Program-made: the position numbers and the translations under genes
Source: a virus
Taxonomy: Duplodnaviria > Caudoviricetes
Reading direction: 5' to 3' (one strand)
Length of the DNA stretch: 38,488 nucleotides
IMG/VR virus record: IMGVR_UViG_3300032218_002011
Span: 1 to 38,488 of that record
The notes under the pieces: generated by a model
Told to the model about the DNA's origin: nothing
Database searches by the model: none
What the model saw: only the letters and a program-made list of their open reading frames with translations
Part shown: one piece after another, positions 38,032 to 38,488 of the stretch
How positions within the stretch are numbered: position 1 is the stretch's first letter
Layout of the letters: each line of letters starts with the position of its first letter

Positions 38032-38488
38032 TTAACTTACTTTAATATACCCGTAATATACTGTTTTAGGTAAACCACTGTTATTGGTTATACCAAATGT
38101 GAACGTATTTGTATTTGAAACCGCTGGTGCTGAGGTACTAATTTCTCCCGCAGTTCCAACTATCTGACTTGGTATTGATGTTAAAACCAAAGCATTTCCT
38201 GCAAGATAATACCAACCATATTGTACACCTATTACGGGTACATTATTATTTGATATTGTTACTGTTGCATTCCAATTAACAATACCGTTTGGAATATTTC
38301 CATTCACCCACATAACATATGATTGACCCGCAGGAACTGTAAAATCAACAGTATTTGTACCTGCTGATAACGACCAACTTCCTGTGACGGGGGATATCGC
38401 ACTTTGTGAATACCCACTAAATAATGTTTCTTTAGTTATTTTGAATGATTCTGTGTTACCACTATTGTTCATAACAAGAAAAACACCA
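38032..38488 (-). CDS. Ser/Thr/Asn-rich beta-strand structural protein, 3' part (open to the window end)
   Basis: The frame stays open upstream of ATG 38472 (..GVFLVM); composition resembles a fibre or decoration protein. Confidence 0.6.
   Translation of the reverse strand, partial: GVFLVMNNSGNTESFKITKETLFSGYSQSAISPVTGSWSLSAGTNTVDFTVPAGQSYVMWVNGNIPNGIVNWNATVTISNNNVPVIGVQYGWYYLAGNALVLTSIPSQIVGTAGEISTSAPAVSNTNTFTFGITNNSGLPKTVYYGYIKVS

Noticed and set aside
1-38488. Stop-codon reassignment as in some jumbo phages
   Set aside because: Conserved genes are full length in the standard code, and TAG ends the SSB at its natural DMPF terminus.

Overview
This 38.5 kb AT-rich, densely coding window is part of a large T4-related myophage (jumbo-phage-like) genome read in the standard genetic code, mostly on the minus strand. 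It holds a contractile-tail module (gp27-like hub, gp53/LysM-like wedge, OmpA-domain baseplate protein, tape measure, gp26-like chaperone, tube, sheath), gp13/14/15-like neck genes, replication and recombination genes (RecA/UvsX, gp32 SSB, SNF2 helicase, family B polymerase), an HNH endonuclease, a HAD phosphatase, an Fe/Mn SOD fusion and three glycosyltransferase genes. The best leads are: (1) an unannotated gp51/T-like ORF reachable from the chaperone by a +1 slip at GGAG-TTT-TTT-CGG; (2) a candidate phage-encoded mucin-type O-glycosylation system, with a GT60 initiator, elongating GTs, a Thr-run insert in the sheath and a recurring [ST]-[GA]-x-[ST] motif in virion proteins; (3) a sense-strand TATTTAT upstream motif, the reverse complement of the T4 late promoter core; (4) [IL]-x-E leader peptides suggesting capsid-packaged, protease-matured cargo. 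All product calls come from motif recognition by eye; no database searches were run.
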